Positions 62,319 to 64,000 of a stretch of DNA of 64,000 bases are shown in pieces. The position numbers were made by a program, and so were the translations under genes. Below the pieces are notes generated by a model. That model saw only the letters and a program-made list of their open reading frames with translations, had not been told where the DNA came from and made no database searches. This DNA is from an uncultured Gemmatimonadales bacterium (lineage in GTDB: Bacteria > Gemmatimonadota > Gemmatimonadetes > Gemmatimonadales > GWC2-71-9). Each line of letters begins with the position of its first letter. The first letter of the stretch is position 1. The stretch covers positions 1,408,001 through 1,472,000 of the forward strand of contig CAVUAK010000001.1 of the NCBI GenBank assembly GCA_963739455.1. Direction: 5' to 3'.

Positions 62319-64000
62319 TGCGGTACCTCATCCGGGTGTTCGTGCTGCTGGTAGTGGGCGTCGCGGCGTCGCTGGTGGGCGTCCTGGTGGCGCTGACGCT
62401 GACGCCGCCGGGAAGGGCGCTGCTGGCGCGGAACGTGTCGCACCAGCTGGGCGTGCTGCTGCGGGGGCAGGTGCTGGTGGGGAACATCGAGGGCTCGTTC
62501 CTCCGCGACCTGGTGCTGACCAACGTGGTGGTGCGCGATACCTCCGGGGTGCTGCTGGTCTCGCTGCCGGTGGTGCGGGTGAGCTACCTCATCCCGAACT
62601 TCCTGGCGCGGCGCTTCATCCTCGAGAAGCTCGAGGTGGACCGTCCGGTCATCAACCTGGTGCGGCATGCATCGGGACGGTGGAACTATGAGGAGGTGCT
62701 GCGTCTCTCGGAGGGGCCGCCGGGGAAGAAGAGCACGCCGCCGCTGATCGAGTTCCGCAACATGAAGCTGACGGACGGCGCGCTCTCGCTGGCGTACCCG
62801 TGGCCCACGGGCCACATGACGGACGCCGAGCGGGAGCGGCAGGTGAACTCGGTGCGAGCGACCCCGGGGCGGATCGTGTCGGACACGCGCGAGGGCACGA
62901 AGCGGATCATGACGTTCTCCAACCTGACGACGGCGATCCGGCGGCTTCGCATCTCGACGCCCGACCACAAGCCGGTCCTGGCGGTGATCGACACGCTGCG
63001 GACCGACGCGAGCGAGCCGGCGCTGCAGCTCAGGCAGCTGCAGGGCACGATCGAGCAGCAGGGCGACTCGCTCAAGTTCTGGCTGACGCGTGCGGCGCTG
63101 CCGGGCACGTCCGCGGTGGCGGAGGGCATGGTGAGCTGGCCGCGGGACACGATCATGTGGGACTTCCACGCCGACGCGAGCCCGGTGGACCTGGTGGACC
63201 TCCGGTTCATCTCGCCGGAGTTCCCGGCGATGTCGGGGCATGCGACGATCGTGGCGCATTCCCATAGCGGGCGACGCACCGACTACGCGCTGACGAACCT
63301 GCTGCTGACGGACGGGCCGGAGCGCATCGAGGGGAGCCTGGTGGCGGAGGTGGATGCGGTGGATGGACTGGGCGTGCGGCGGCTCAAGCTCCGGCTCACC
63401 GACCTCAACCTCGACAAGGTGCGCCCGTACATCGATTCGCTGCCGTTCATCGGGGAGGTGAGCGGCCCGGTGGAGGCCGACGGCGACCTCAATGACATCG
63501 CGACGCGGGGTGACATCGTCTTCACCGATCTTGCCGTGCCGGGCCGACCGGCTACCAGCCTCTCGTTCAACGGGCGACTCCAGACCGGCAGCGGGGCGCT
63601 GGTGTTCGACAAGGTGGCGATCGCGCAAAGCGACATCGACCTGCGCACGGTGCGGAACCTGGCGCCGGCGGTGATCCTCGACGGACGGCTCAACGCCGTG
63701 GGCACGCTCAACGGGCCGCTGACGAACACCACCTTCACCGGCGTCGCGCGACACAAGGACGCGGCCCGCCCGGAGAGCGTCATCGACGGATGGCTGCGCC
63801 TCGACAGCCGGGAGGAGACGATGCGGGTGGCGGCGGACGTGACGCTGGCGCCGCTCAGCTTCGAGGGCATCCGCGGGACATTCCCCACGATCCTGTCGGA
63901 GGGCACGCTCCGCGGGCGCGTGAAGCTGGACGGCCCGGTGGACCGGCTGTTCGTGGATGCGGACGTGCAGGGCGAGATCGGTGCAGTGAAGGGATCGGGT
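62318..64000 (+). CDS. TamB/AsmA-like translocation and assembly module protein, 5' part (runs off the window)
   Basis: ATG overlaps the Omp85 stop (TGATG); N-terminal TM MRYLIRVFVLLVVG..LTLTPPGR, then beta-rich sequence; absent from the ORF track, consistent with no stop before the window end. Confidence 0.8.
   Translation, partial: MRYLIRVFVLLVVGVAASLVGVLVALTLTPPGRALLARNVSHQLGVLLRGQVLVGNIEGSFLRDLVLTNVVVRDTSGVLLVSLPVVRVSYLIPNFLARRFILEKLEVDRPVINLVRHASGRWNYEEVLRLSEGPPGKKSTPPLIEFRNMKLTDGALSLAYPWPTGHMTDAERERQVNSVRATPGRIVSDTREGTKRIMTFSNLTTAIRRLRISTPDHKPVLAVIDTLRTDASEPALQLRQLQGTIEQQGDSLKFWLTRAALPGTSAVAEGMVSWPRDTIMWDFHADASPVDLVDLRFISPEFPAMSGHATIVAHSHSGRRTDYALTNLLLTDGPERIEGSLVAEVDAVDGLGVRRLKLRLTDLNLDKVRPYIDSLPFIGEVSGPVEADGDLNDIATRGDIVFTDLAVPGRPATSLSFNGRLQTGSGALVFDKVAIAQSDIDLRTVRNLAPAVILDGRLNAVGTLNGPLTNTTFTGVARHKDAARPESVIDGWLRLDSREETMRVAADVTLAPLSFEGIRGTFPTILSEGTLRGRVKLDGPVDRLFVDADVQGEIGAVKGSG

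Noticed and set aside
2628..63754. Long antisense or alternate-frame ORFs (e.g. 2628-4547, 4246-6111, 13424-15259, 17455-19059, 61868-63754)
   Set aside because: Shadow ORFs expected in high-GC DNA. They overlap well-supported genes and are Arg/Pro/His-rich with no recognisable motifs.

Overview
High-GC chromosomal segment, most likely from a Gemmatimonadota-like bacterium (an inference from gene content and repeat style). It carries about 50 densely packed genes, mostly housekeeping and envelope functions: a G8/TMEM2-like lipoprotein, MATE and ABC transporters, a diguanylate cyclase, DUF1015-serA-serC, a short rho, selO-fahA, a VWA protein, ptrB, an M48 protease, a PP2C-like protein, an Ig-like lipoprotein, a chelatase-type ATPase/VWA pair, glcDEF, a sigma-70 factor, aroB, dacB, part of a peptide ABC transporter, and tamA/tamB-like genes. 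Many conserved genes are broken by small indels, most plausibly long-read assembly errors. I found no tRNA, rRNA, CRISPR array, transposase or integrase. The main unexplained structure is about 21 short tandem-repeat arrays from several families (7, 8, 9 and 21 bp units). They are almost always purine/G-rich on the + strand whichever way the genes face, sit at gene junctions where they often supply the stop codon, and sometimes lie in frame inside genes. Other leads are a DnaA-box cluster upstream of the sigma gene, a Rho lacking its N-terminal helical domain, a repeat-flanked two-gene block splitting the ATPase/VWA pair, and a short low-GC segment. Start coordinates and frameshift positions were placed by eye and are approximate.
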